Positions 26,083 to 34,269 of a stretch of 35,457 nt of DNA are shown here, in pieces. The DNA is from Acholeplasmataceae bacterium (lineage in GTDB: Bacteria; Bacillota_I; Bacilli_A; Acholeplasmatales; Acholeplasmataceae): assembly GCA_041677585.1 (NCBI GenBank), contig JBAYPP010000001.1:1-35457 (forward strand), written 5' to 3'. Position 1 is the first letter of the stretch, and every line of letters starts with the position of its first letter. The notes beneath the pieces are model-generated. The model saw only the letters and a program-made list of their open reading frames with translations, searched no databases and had not been told where the DNA came from. Position numbers and translations under genes: made by a program.

Positions 26083-26760
26083 TTACATTAGATATCTTCT
26101 AAAAAAGTTTGCAATCTTCTCCATCTCTGCTCTACGACCAAAAACATAAATATGATCTTTTTCAATCAAGGTGTCCTTATGAGTGGGGATGATTGGATTG
26201 CCGTTACGATAGATGACTAAAATGTTCATTTTATATTTACAATGAGTCGACAAATCAACAATAGGCAGTGTTTTAAAATTCTCCGGCAATTCCAATTCAT
26301 ATGCACAAAAATCATCAGAGATGTTAAAATAGTCAACAATATTATCCGACGTTATTTTGGTTGCCATGGTTTCACTGGCTATTTTCAAAGGTGAAACGGC
26401 CTGTGTTGCTCCTACGAGCATCATTGTTTCTTGATATGATTCATCATCAATTCGCACAATGATACTTTTCACACCTAAATGCTTCACTTTGATAATAGTC
26501 ATGATTGTTGACGCTAAGGTCAGTCGATCGCTTTGACCAGCCGCAATAATCACTTTATCAACATTTGAAATGCCAACTTCCTTTAATGCTTCTTCATCGG
26601 TTGAATCACAGATATACGCATATGGTGTAAATACTAATGCTTTTTCAACTGCTTGTTCATTAACATCAATTGCCATTACTTCAATATCTTTCTTGCTTAA
26701 TGACTCGACTAAATCAAGACCGAAACGGCCAAGACCTATTACTGCAATATTCGCTTTCAT
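26083..26760 (-). CDS. ktrA: Ktr/Trk-type potassium uptake peripheral RCK subunit
   Basis: 225 aa. The N-terminal IAVIGLGRFG Rossmann motif (RCK_N) is followed by an RCK_C-like domain. The stop is 1 nt before the ktrB start. Confidence 0.9.
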   Translation of the reverse strand: MKANIAVIGLGRFGLDLVESLSKKDIEVMAIDVNEQAVEKALVFTPYAYICDSTDEEALKEVGISNVDKVIIAAGQSDRLTLASTIMTIIKVKHLGVKSIIVRIDDESYQETMMLVGATQAVSPLKIASETMATKITSDNIVDYFNISDDFCAYELELPENFKTLPIVDLSTHCKYKMNILVIYRNGNPIIPTHKDTLIEKDHIYVFGRRAEMEKIANFFRRYLM

Positions 26761-26790
26761 AATTTCCCAGCTTTCTTTTTAAAAATTGTT

Positions 26791-27633
26791 TTATGAGCTA
26801 ACAATTAACTTCGCGAAAAAGTGTTTGACATCATGTTGTTCACAATACTTCATAATTAATAATCGTAAATCACGTTCTAAACCAACATGTTGGTTGTTCT
26901 TTGCTTCAAACGTTACCCTTAAAGTCATTATTCCTTCAGTTAAGGCTACAATTCCGGCGTAAGAAGGCGTTTTAACGACATTTTCGTTATCTTCATTGAA
27001 CTTAATTAACAATTCTTGAAAATCATTGTTTATAAACAAATCTAAATCTGTACCATAAGCTACACCAAACTCAACAACACCGATGCTTTCGCCAATACTA
27101 TAATTAATAACCGTTCTAATATCACCGTTATTAACTAACTTAATTTCATTTTTCCAGTTTTTAATCTTGGTTTTTCTTAAACCAATCTCAATCACTCTTC
27201 CTTTGAATCCTTGATGCTCAATCATATCACCAACATCAAAAGAGTGTTCAAAAATGATAAAGAAGCCACTGAGTAAATCTTTAATCAATTCCTGTGAGCC
27301 AAAACCAACCGCAAACGCCAAGATTCCGGCACTGGCTAAGATTGGGGCAATCTCAATTCCTAATTCTAATAGAATCATTACGACAATAAAAAACCAAAAG
27401 ACAAAGTGGATCACACTGTTAATCAACTTTGTAATCGTTTCCGTTCTTTGATCCTTGTGTTTCCTTCGTCTGATGATTCTGTGTGTGATGAATTTATTAA
27501 CAAAAGTTAATAGATACCCAATAATCAGCCATAAGATAATTATTGCTGCCGCTCTAATTATTAATGCTACGCTCGGACTTAAGAATAACTTATTTTCTAA
27601 AAAAGTTTGAATCAATTTTCTTAGTTCTTCCAT
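26791..27633 (-). CDS. mscS: Small-conductance mechanosensitive channel (MscS family)
   Basis: 280 aa from the ATG at 27633 (MEELRKLIQ...). The upstream ORF-track extension crosses the divergent promoter region. Three N-terminal TM helices, then GFGSQELIKDLLSGFFIIFEHSFDVGDMI, typical of the MscS TM3/beta domain. A TGgTATAAT on the minus strand at 27649-27657 implies a very short leader. Confidence 0.85.
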   Translation of the reverse strand: MEELRKLIQTFLENKLFLSPSVALIIRAAAIIILWLIIGYLLTFVNKFITHRIIRRRKHKDQRTETITKLINSVIHFVFWFFIVVMILLELGIEIAPILASAGILAFAVGFGSQELIKDLLSGFFIIFEHSFDVGDMIEHQGFKGRVIEIGLRKTKIKNWKNEIKLVNNGDIRTVINYSIGESIGVVEFGVAYGTDLDLFINNDFQELLIKFNEDNENVVKTPSYAGIVALTEGIMTLRVTFEAKNNQHVGLERDLRLLIMKYCEQHDVKHFFAKLIVSS

Positions 27634-27738
27634 TTTATCACCAATATAATTATACCATACGCTTATTTTTTTATTTTGAAAATGGTTTTCATGTATAATA
27701 GAATCTAGAATTAATAATAAATGAATGAGGAGAACACT

Positions 27739-28257
27739 ATGCAAACTAAGAATCCTATTATTACATTTTCAATCTTAAACTATGGTGAAATTGAAGTTGA
27801 ACTTTTCCCAGCCGATGCGCCAAATACCGTTAATAATTTCTTAACCTATGTCAAAGAGAATTATTATGATAATCTGATTTTCCATCGCATCATTGCCGGT
27901 TTTATGATTCAAGGCGGGCAAGGAGCGTCTAGTCATCCTTCAATTGCGGGAGAGTTTATCGCAAATGGCTTTAATAACCCGATTAAACATACTAAAGGTG
28001 TAATATCAATGGCCAGAACACAAGATAAAAACTCACAGACTTCCCAGTTTTTCCTGATGCATGAAAATGCACCACATTTAGATGGACAATATGCTGCTTT
28101 TGGTAAAACAATTAAAGGTCAAGAAATAATTGATCAAATTGCAGCGGTTAAGACAAATGCCTATGATCGCCCTTTAGAGGATGTTGTCATAAAAACGATT
28201 GCTTATGAATTAAATGGTTATGAGATTAAAGAGCCTGTTTACATGAAAAAAGGATAA
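27739..28257 (+). CDS. ppiB: Cyclophilin-type peptidyl-prolyl cis-trans isomerase
   Basis: 172 aa from the ATG at 27739 (GAGGAG at 27727-27732, 6-nt spacing). FHRIIAGFMIQGG and SQFFLMH motifs. Confidence 0.93.
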   Translation: MQTKNPIITFSILNYGEIEVELFPADAPNTVNNFLTYVKENYYDNLIFHRIIAGFMIQGGQGASSHPSIAGEFIANGFNNPIKHTKGVISMARTQDKNSQTSQFFLMHENAPHLDGQYAAFGKTIKGQEIIDQIAAVKTNAYDRPLEDVVIKTIAYELNGYEIKEPVYMKKG

Positions 28258-28261
28258 ATAA

Positions 28262-29113
28262 TCATCCTTCTTTGTTTGCTGCGATTAGATTTACTGTCTG
28301 AATCGGGTAATAATGATCCCCATCAATTTGCATATATGTTTCTTTTTTAAATTTAATCTCAATGTTTTTTGCTTTATATATTTGCACATACTTCTTTAAA
28401 GCTGTATGCCATCCCAAATAAATAATCGGGAAGATTAGGATTAATTTCCATTTTGCAATTTTCCTAACGACAACGACATCAAGTAAAGCCTCTTTTCGAT
28501 CCGCTTTAGGTGCAATCTTCATCCCGCCTCCAAAGTAAGGTGCGTTCATTGCTGCCACAAACCAAATCTTATCTTCAACTATTTCTTTTCCATCAATTAT
28601 TAAAGTTCCTCCGATTGGTTTAAACCTTTTGAAACCAAGAAAAGCGTGTCTGAAGTAATTGATTTTATTTTTCTTGCGGTTTGATTCATTAACTAATGAA
28701 ACAACATACCCATCAAGACCGATCCCCGCCCCGTTTAGAAAATATTTTTCTTCTGCGTTGAATTTGATCTGCGGTAGGTTTTTTAAATAATCATTTATTT
28801 GAATCAAACGGCCCCTTATCTTTAAACTTCTTGCAAAGTCATTACCAGTTCCTGCCTGATACAAATAAATTTTTTGCTTAAAGTCAATACCGTATACTCG
28901 GTTTGCCAATCGATTTAAGGTTCCGTCTCCACCAACAATAATAATTTCGTCGTCTAAATGACATGCATTAATAAAGCCTTCTACATCAACAATTTCAATG
29001 AGGCTATGTAACTGAATTTCATGACCCTTTTTAATTAGTCGTTTAGTCAGTTTTTTAATATGTCGACTGTTTCTGCAGTTTCTTGATAGTGGATTATATA
29101 AAATTAATGTCAT
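28262..29113 (-). CDS. dagK: Diacylglycerol kinase-family lipid kinase (DagK/YegS-like)
   Basis: 283 aa from the ATG at 29113 (MTLILYNPLSR...). GAGGT lies 5 nt upstream and overlaps the tyrS stop. GGDGT motif (IIIVGGDGTLNRL) and a GTGNDFAR motif. Confidence 0.85.
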   Translation of the reverse strand: MTLILYNPLSRNCRNSRHIKKLTKRLIKKGHEIQLHSLIEIVDVEGFINACHLDDEIIIVGGDGTLNRLANRVYGIDFKQKIYLYQAGTGNDFARSLKIRGRLIQINDYLKNLPQIKFNAEEKYFLNGAGIGLDGYVVSLVNESNRKKNKINYFRHAFLGFKRFKPIGGTLIIDGKEIVEDKIWFVAAMNAPYFGGGMKIAPKADRKEALLDVVVVRKIAKWKLILIFPIIYLGWHTALKKYVQIYKAKNIEIKFKKETYMQIDGDHYYPIQTVNLIAANKEG

Positions 29114-29121
29114 AATGGACC

Positions 29122-30366
29122 TCACACAAACTGAGCTAATGCATATTTTTTCTTGCCTCGTTTAATTACTACATAGCGATTATAATATGTTCTATCTTTA
29201 CTGACTGTTGCTAGTACATCAGTCTCTTTTTGATCATTGACTGCAATCGCTTGATTGTTAATGAATTCTCTTGCCTCTCTTTTTGACTGTGCAAGTTTAG
29301 TTAAGACAAGTAAATCAACCAGTGCTGTTTCTTCCTTTAATTCAATTGATTCGATTGAACTGGCTAAAATCTTAAATGCTTTTTCTGATAATGCATTAAA
29401 CTCGCCAAAGAACAATGCCTGACTGACGTCAATTGCTTCTTCAAGTGCTTTTTCACCGTGGAGCATTTTAACTACTTCGCTCGCTAATTTCTTTTGGGCA
29501 CTTCTTAGTTCCGGTTTAGCAGTTAACTCATTTTCTAACTTAATGATTTCCTTTGGTTCAAGTAAGGTTAAGAATTTTAAATATTGGATAACCTCGCCAT
29601 CGCTTGTATTTAAGAAGTACTGATATATCTCATAAGCGTTTGTAAGCTCTTCATCAAGCCATAAAACACCGCTTTCGCTTTTACCAAACTTGTTGCCATC
29701 AGCTTTTAATAATAGATGTGAACTTAAACCGACTGCTTCTTCATTAGTTGACTTTAGTTTACGAATCAGTTCTAAACCGGCTGTAATGTTTCCCCACTGA
29801 TCAGAACCGCCAAATTGCATTTTACAACGATAGTTTTCAAATAAATGCAGAAAATCGATTGCCTGAATAATCATATATGAAAACTCAGTATATGAGATTC
29901 CGATATCCAATCTTCTTTGAACTGTATCTTTGGCTAGCATATAGTTGACATTGAAGTGTTTACCATAATCTCTTAAGAAGCTGATTGTATCAATATCTTT
30001 AATCCAATCATAATTATTAACATAGATAACTTCATCAACACCAATGATTTTTTCGATTTGAGCTTTAATTTTTTCGGCATTCTTTAATGATTCTTCTAAA
30101 GTCAACATTTTCCGTTCGCCCGTTTCTCTTGGATCACCAATCAATCCGGTTGCTCCACCAATTAAGACAATTGGTTCATGCTTGTGTTTTCTTAGTAACA
30201 TCATTCTAACAATTTGTACTAAGTGTCCGACAGTTAAAGACTCTGCGGTTGGATCAAAGCCGCAATAAAAGCGAACGCTTTGTTCGTTAAGCATTTTTCG
30301 GGATAACTCTTCATTGCTGACATCTTTAATTAATCCCCGCCAAAGTAATTCTTCATATAATTTCAT
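29122..30366 (-). CDS. tyrS: Tyrosine--tRNA ligase
   Basis: 414 aa from the ATG at 30366 ([15 protein letters not shown]...), with AGGAG 7 nt upstream. The TTG at 30384 in the ORF track lies in the upstream hairpin. [14 protein letters not shown] (HIGH region), KFGKS (KMSKS), and a C-terminal S4-like domain. Confidence 0.95.
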   Translation of the reverse strand: MKLYEELLWRGLIKDVSNEELSRKMLNEQSVRFYCGFDPTAESLTVGHLVQIVRMMLLRKHKHEPIVLIGGATGLIGDPRETGERKMLTLEESLKNAEKIKAQIEKIIGVDEVIYVNNYDWIKDIDTISFLRDYGKHFNVNYMLAKDTVQRRLDIGISYTEFSYMIIQAIDFLHLFENYRCKMQFGGSDQWGNITAGLELIRKLKSTNEEAVGLSSHLLLKADGNKFGKSESGVLWLDEELTNAYEIYQYFLNTSDGEVIQYLKFLTLLEPKEIIKLENELTAKPELRSAQKKLASEVVKMLHGEKALEEAIDVSQALFFGEFNALSEKAFKILASSIESIELKEETALVDLLVLTKLAQSKREAREFINNQAIAVNDQKETDVLATVSKDRTYYNRYVVIKRGKKKYALAQFV

Positions 30367-30382
30367 AAATGTGCTCCTATGC

Positions 30383-30405
30383 AAAAAGTCCTTAAATAGG
30401 ACTTT
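30383..30405 (-). terminator. Terminator-like hairpin in the 44-nt ccpA-tyrS gap
   Basis: The minus strand reads AAAGTCCT-ATTTA-AGGACTTT followed by TTGC: an 8-bp stem with 3 G-C pairs and an effective U-tract of 5. It starts 5 nt after the ccpA stop and ends at the tyrS RBS. Confidence 0.55.
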
Positions 30406-30410
30406 ATTAT

Positions 30411-31406
30411 TTATTGTGTTGTTTGTCGCTTGACAATATAGTGTGGTAAGATGATTCTCGTTTGATCTGCTTCACCTTGACTCATTAACTTGGTTAATAA
30501 ACGCATTGAAACAGCACCAATATCATAAACAGGAATATCAATTGAGGTTAAGGTGGGTCTAGCCAATAAAGCATACTTCGTATTTTGGAACCCTGCAACT
30601 GCTAATTCACTTGGAACTTTATGTCCATTATCACGAGCAATGTTCATAAATGATACAGCAATTGAATCGCGAACGCCGATTGCGGAATCTACTGTCTTGC
30701 CGCTAAAGAACGTTTGGAAGTGTTGGCGATTAATGTTTGTATCACCACTAGTTCTAAATATTCTTGGCTCAAGGCCGGCTTCTTGCATTGCCTTTAAATA
30801 GCCTTCCTCTTTTTTCTCGTTAACTGAATATCTTCTTGCGGTACTCAATAAATAAATGTCTCTTCTTCGATCATCAATCATTAGCTGAGTAATTTCATAA
30901 GCTGCTTTTACATAGTCGATTGAAACCATTGGTACATTCGGATCATCAGTCACAACATTTGCGAAAACAAATGGGATATTATTGCTTTGAAAAATCTTTT
31001 TGATTTCGGTTACCTTATCTTCACTTAACTCATCGTTTAAATATAGGACACCGTCAACTTGCTCAGCAACAATATCTTGTAGCGTATCGTGAACGTCAAC
31101 ATCCTCCCTAATTGAAAACAACTTAATGGAATACTTGTAGTTTTGAGCAATATCGCCAATTCCACCTAGCATTTCTGAAACAGATGCTCTAGTGATATCA
31201 GAAATAACAACCCCAACGGTTGTTGTTTTACGACTTGCAAGACCACGGGCAATCACGTTTGGACGGTACCCCAATTCCTTAATGACTTTCAAAACACGTT
31301 GTCTTGTTTCCTCTTTTACCTTTTCAGGATTATTTAAAACCCTGGAAACCGTTGCTAGGGAAACCCCTGCAGCTCCGGCAACGTCATAGATGGTCGCATT
31401 GCTCAT
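30411..31406 (-). CDS. ccpA: LacI-family catabolite control protein A
   Basis: 331 aa. [71 protein letters not shown] is near-colinear with Bacillus CcpA, including the YKY(S/N)I segment. Confidence 0.88.
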   Translation of the reverse strand: MSNATIYDVAGAAGVSLATVSRVLNNPEKVKEETRQRVLKVIKELGYRPNVIARGLASRKTTTVGVVISDITRASVSEMLGGIGDIAQNYKYSIKLFSIREDVDVHDTLQDIVAEQVDGVLYLNDELSEDKVTEIKKIFQSNNIPFVFANVVTDDPNVPMVSIDYVKAAYEITQLMIDDRRRDIYLLSTARRYSVNEKKEEGYLKAMQEAGLEPRIFRTSGDTNINRQHFQTFFSGKTVDSAIGVRDSIAVSFMNIARDNGHKVPSELAVAGFQNTKYALLARPTLTSIDIPVYDIGAVSMRLLTKLMSQGEADQTRIILPHYIVKRQTTQ

Positions 31407-31717
31407 ATCTCTACCCTTTAGATTTAAACTGCCTTAAAACTTTAGGACTAATTCAAACCTTTCCCCTTTCTTTTTAATCTGATATTCTAATAATGCCCAT
31501 TGGAAATAATTGCTATTTACCGTTATTGCACACCAATGACATTACGTAAAACAAGGAGATTTTGCTTTTTTAAAACGTCAATAACTAACTACTTAGACGA
31601 AAGCGGTTAAATAAAATCCGTAATTGCTACTTTTAAATCTAAATAGCAATGAAATTCTTGTTTGTCTTTTAAAAACGCTCGGCTTATTAACATCATTTTT
31701 AATCTCTTCTGCTTCTT

Positions 31718-31746
31718 ATCTTATCACAAAATGAAAACTCTTTCAA
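31718..31746 (-). promoter_or_regulatory. Predicted promoter TTGAAA-17-TAAGAT with TG extension, inside the rplS-ccpA spacer
   Basis: Minus strand: TTGAAA (31746-31741), a 17-nt spacer ending in TGA, then TAAGAT (31723-31718). It lies 312 nt upstream of the ccpA ATG. Confidence 0.5.
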
Positions 31747-31790
31747 GCAGAACATGAAAGCAATTTCATTTATTAAATTTATTTTTTAAG

Positions 31791-31816
31791 AAAAAAATAA
31801 AGAGGTATGAACCTCT
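31791..31816 (-). terminator. Rho-independent terminator of rplS
   Basis: The minus strand reads AGAGGT-TCAT-ACCTCT followed by TTATTTTTTTC. It starts 7 nt after the rplS stop. Confidence 0.7.
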
Positions 31817-31822
31817 CTATCT

Positions 31823-32179
31823 TTATCGCTTTTCTTTAATTCTTGCTGCTTTAGATGATAATGTGCGAATATAGTATAGTTTCGCTCTTCTAACTTTACC
31901 AGATCTAGCAATTTCGATTCGATCAATTGATGGTGAATGAACTGGGAAAGTTCTTTCAACGCCAATTCCGTAGGAAACTTTACGAACAGTAAATGTTTCT
32001 GAAATGCCGCCACCTTGTTTCTTGATTACTAGTCCTTCAAACATTTGCAGACGCTCTCTTTGTCCTTCTTTAATCTTAACGTATACTTTAACAGTATCAC
32101 CAGGACTAAAGGCAGGTACGTCTTTAATGTAAGATTTAGTAATATCAGCAATTAACGCTTGTCCTTTTAATCTCGACAT
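31823..32179 (-). CDS. rplS: 50S ribosomal protein L19
   Basis: 118 aa. [29 protein letters not shown]...[18 protein letters not shown] is the canonical L19 core. Confidence 0.95.
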   Translation of the reverse strand: MSRLKGQALIADITKSYIKDVPAFSPGDTVKVYVKIKEGQRERLQMFEGLVIKKQGGGISETFTVRKVSYGIGVERTFPVHSPSIDRIEIARSGKVRRAKLYYIRTLSSKAARIKEKR

Positions 32180-32253
32180 ATAGGCTCACTCTCTTTCTTC
32201 CAATGTTCATGCCAGTTTAGACAGCGGACCATTGTGCATAATACGACCTTTTA

Positions 32254-32282
32254 ATTATAGCAAAATATAACTAAAGTTTCAA
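32254..32282 (-). promoter_or_regulatory. rplS promoter TTGAAA-17-TGcTATAAT
   Basis: Minus strand: TTGAAA (32282-32277), an exact 17-nt spacer ending in TGC, then TATAAT (32259-32254). This predicts a ~68-nt leader. The -35 begins 14 nt after the stop of the upstream ltaS-like gene. Confidence 0.75.
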
Positions 32283-32295
32283 CTCTTTTATTTGA

Positions 32296-34230
32296 TTACG
32301 ATTCAAACAATGTTGGATCGTTGAAATAATCAGTAATAAAGAAGGCTAAATATAGGTTTATAATTTCAATAATTTCTGTTTTCATTTCTAAGATTCGTTC
32401 AACATTTAATTCTGGATCTTCAACATCTTGGTCTGATGAAACAAACATCTCTTTGCTAATCCAGTTTGAATGTGAAAGAATAATTGGTTTATCAACTCTT
32501 TCTTGCAGAAAAATACTTTGACCCCAATAATACTCTGGTTTATAATAAATCCCTAATAAATCCATCACTGTTGGTGCTAAATCATAGTGGGAAATTAGTT
32601 CGCTATTGATAGTACCCTGAGGTAGTTTTGAGCTTGAAATTATTAGTGGTACCTTATCAATTTCATAAGCACGTTCACTATTTTGTGTAAATGTTTCTGT
32701 TAAATCAAGACTTGAATAGTTTTTATGATCACTATATAAAATGATTGTTGTTGAATCTAATAAATCTTTTTCCTCTAAACTGTCTAATAAAATTCCCAAT
32801 CCTTTATCAAAATCCATTTGTGCTGCCATTAACGTAAAGAACTGAAGTTCCAACATTGACATTTTTTCTTCTTTTTCCCGCATCTTTAACATATAAAACG
32901 GCGAATCCTCTGGAAAATCATTTTCTGCAACATAGTTTAAAATGGCTTGATAATAGGGTTCCAACTCTTGACGATAGTTATTATGTGGTCCGTGTGATGT
33001 AACCGTTAAAATATATGAGTAAAATGGGCTTTCTTGAATTGGTGCAATCTGATCAATCATTTGTTCGATCATTTCCGAGTCTAAGGCCCAAAAATCAGTT
33101 TTACTTAGCTCCATATCTTCTTCACTATAGAAGTTCTCAAATCCGAGGTTAGGAAAGATTACATTTCGGTTAAAGAATTCACCTTCAAAATTGTGAAAGG
33201 CTGATGTTGTATAGCCGTTTTGCAGTAAACGATACGGTAATGCATTATAATATATGTTTTCACCGTATGTATGCATAAAGTTATCCTGATTGAAATACAT
33301 CATTGACGTCAATGATTTGAATTCGGCATCATAGGTATAGTTTCTAACGGCTGCCGAATAAAAGTTATCAAAATAAATACCACGATTCATTAACCTGAAT
33401 AGGTTTGGTGTCAGGATTGGATCAAATGCATACTGTTCGCCGGTTTCAAGCATAATCATAATAACATTGTCGCCTTGTAGCTGATTGAAGTAAATTGAAG
33501 GAATAAAATCCTCTGGTTCTAGTTTTTCTTCAATATATGCCAAGTAGTCTTCTTCTCTAAAGCTTGAGTCAAATCGATTAGAGATAAAGTTAATGATATC
33601 CTGTGTATGATATGTTAATAATCCAAATCGTTCAACATACAGTCCTTTATCTTGGGGGATCTTATAGACCAAATAATTATAACTGCTTAAAAGTACTGGA
33701 GCTGCAATTAAAGATCCAATTACTAATGATGTATAAATTAAGTGTCTAAAAACACGTCTTTCTTGGCTTGGTTCATGAAGATATGTTACTTTCTTAAGCA
33801 AAATGATAAACCCGATTACAATTCCTAAGACCATTAACCAAAAATACCACTGGAAGGAAACCCATGGTGGATATTTTAATCCAAATGTCATTGTGTTTCT
33901 ACCAAATTCAAAAAGCATGGCAATACTTGTTACGTCATTTTTGAAGTAATAGAGTGTTGAATCCATAACAAATATTGCGAGTAACAATATAATGTAGACC
34001 AAGTAAGCAATAAAACGTTTTTTATTGTTCTTAAACAACGTGATAATGCAAAAGATAACGCCAACATTCAAGAGAGTCATAACCCAATGACCGATTGGCA
34101 TACCTAAACTGAATTTTAATAAAAAAACAAGTTCAAAAAGGACGGCAACAAATGCAGCGATTAAAAACTCAAAAATTAAGTTTCGTTTAGCCAGGTTTTT
34201 CAGCTTGGTTAATATGTTCGTAAAAATCAT
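32296..34230 (-). CDS. ltaS: LTA-synthase-family sulfatase-like transferase (polytopic N-terminus plus extracellular catalytic domain)
   Basis: 644 aa. About five N-terminal TM helices. The soluble domain has IMIMLETGE (compare the LES metal-ligand motif of LtaS) and NYTYDAEFKS (compare the G-K-T-x-D-x-E nucleophile region). A late SDH motif (ILYSDHKNY) is typical of alkaline-phosphatase-superfamily enzymes. The gene symbol is by family resemblance only. Confidence 0.75.
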   Translation of the reverse strand: MIFTNILTKLKNLAKRNLIFEFLIAAFVAVLFELVFLLKFSLGMPIGHWVMTLLNVGVIFCIITLFKNNKKRFIAYLVYIILLLAIFVMDSTLYYFKNDVTSIAMLFEFGRNTMTFGLKYPPWVSFQWYFWLMVLGIVIGFIILLKKVTYLHEPSQERRVFRHLIYTSLVIGSLIAAPVLLSSYNYLVYKIPQDKGLYVERFGLLTYHTQDIINFISNRFDSSFREEDYLAYIEEKLEPEDFIPSIYFNQLQGDNVIMIMLETGEQYAFDPILTPNLFRLMNRGIYFDNFYSAAVRNYTYDAEFKSLTSMMYFNQDNFMHTYGENIYYNALPYRLLQNGYTTSAFHNFEGEFFNRNVIFPNLGFENFYSEEDMELSKTDFWALDSEMIEQMIDQIAPIQESPFYSYILTVTSHGPHNNYRQELEPYYQAILNYVAENDFPEDSPFYMLKMREKEEKMSMLELQFFTLMAAQMDFDKGLGILLDSLEEKDLLDSTTIILYSDHKNYSSLDLTETFTQNSERAYEIDKVPLIISSSKLPQGTINSELISHYDLAPTVMDLLGIYYKPEYYWGQSIFLQERVDKPIILSHSNWISKEMFVSSDQDVEDPELNVERILEMKTEIIEIINLYLAFFITDYFNDPTLFES

Positions 34231-34251
34231 TTTATTCCCTCTTTGCAGAAA

Positions 34252-34269
34252 TATGATATATATATCATA
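34252..34269. repeat. 18-bp perfect palindrome TATGATATATATATCATA in the trmD-ltaS gap
   Basis: Read directly from the sequence; reverse-complement identical. On the minus strand it overlaps a TTGCAT-17-TATGAT promoter candidate and ends 21 nt upstream of the ltaS-like ATG. Confidence 0.9.

Noticed and set aside
493-26782. Many 60-166-aa ORFs in the track lie antisense to long conserved genes. Examples are 493-717, 1770-1955, 2412-2657, 4111-4311, 4556-4822, 5806-5991, 8668-8952, 11737-11925, 13115-13387, 14165-14665, 15933-16139, 21728-22012, 22371-22598, 22743-22967, 24850-25107, 25636-26091 and 26570-26782.
   Set aside because: Each lies fully inside a well-supported gene on the other strand. 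They lack RBS-like sequences and have low-complexity Ser/Leu/Phe/Ile-rich translations typical of shadow ORFs in AT-rich DNA.
2885-30384. Longer N-terminal extensions offered by the ORF track for pepF (2926), the 2-TM protein (3835), spx (4977), trpS (7187), MFS (10943), xylR (18093), mscS (27744), ppiB (27721), dagK (29125) and tyrS (30384).
   Set aside because: In each case an internal ATG is preceded by a well-spaced AGGAGG-like RBS and matches the usual N-terminus of the family. The extensions cross promoters, terminators or the T-box.
31560-31625. Possible degenerate T-box remnant upstream of ccpA-tyrS. Minus-strand CGGATTTTATTTAACCGCTTTCGTCTAAG resembles the trpS segment GCGGAATTTATTTCGTCCTTAG.
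   Set aside because: There is no GGTGGTACCGCG core and no stem I elements (AG bulge, GNUGNGA-type loop). No UAC specifier context or terminator is present. The similarity is short and AT-rich.
31508-31629. Direct repeat of the 8-mer AATTGCTA (31508-31515 and 31622-31629) in the ccpA upstream spacer.
   Set aside because: One repeated 8-mer in 416 bp of AT-rich sequence is close to chance expectation. Only the local inverted repeat is kept, as a note inside the spacer finding.
31786-32013. 75-aa ORF overlapping rplS in another frame.
   Set aside because: The rplS frame encodes a canonical L19. The alternative frame has no RBS and extends through the rplS terminator.
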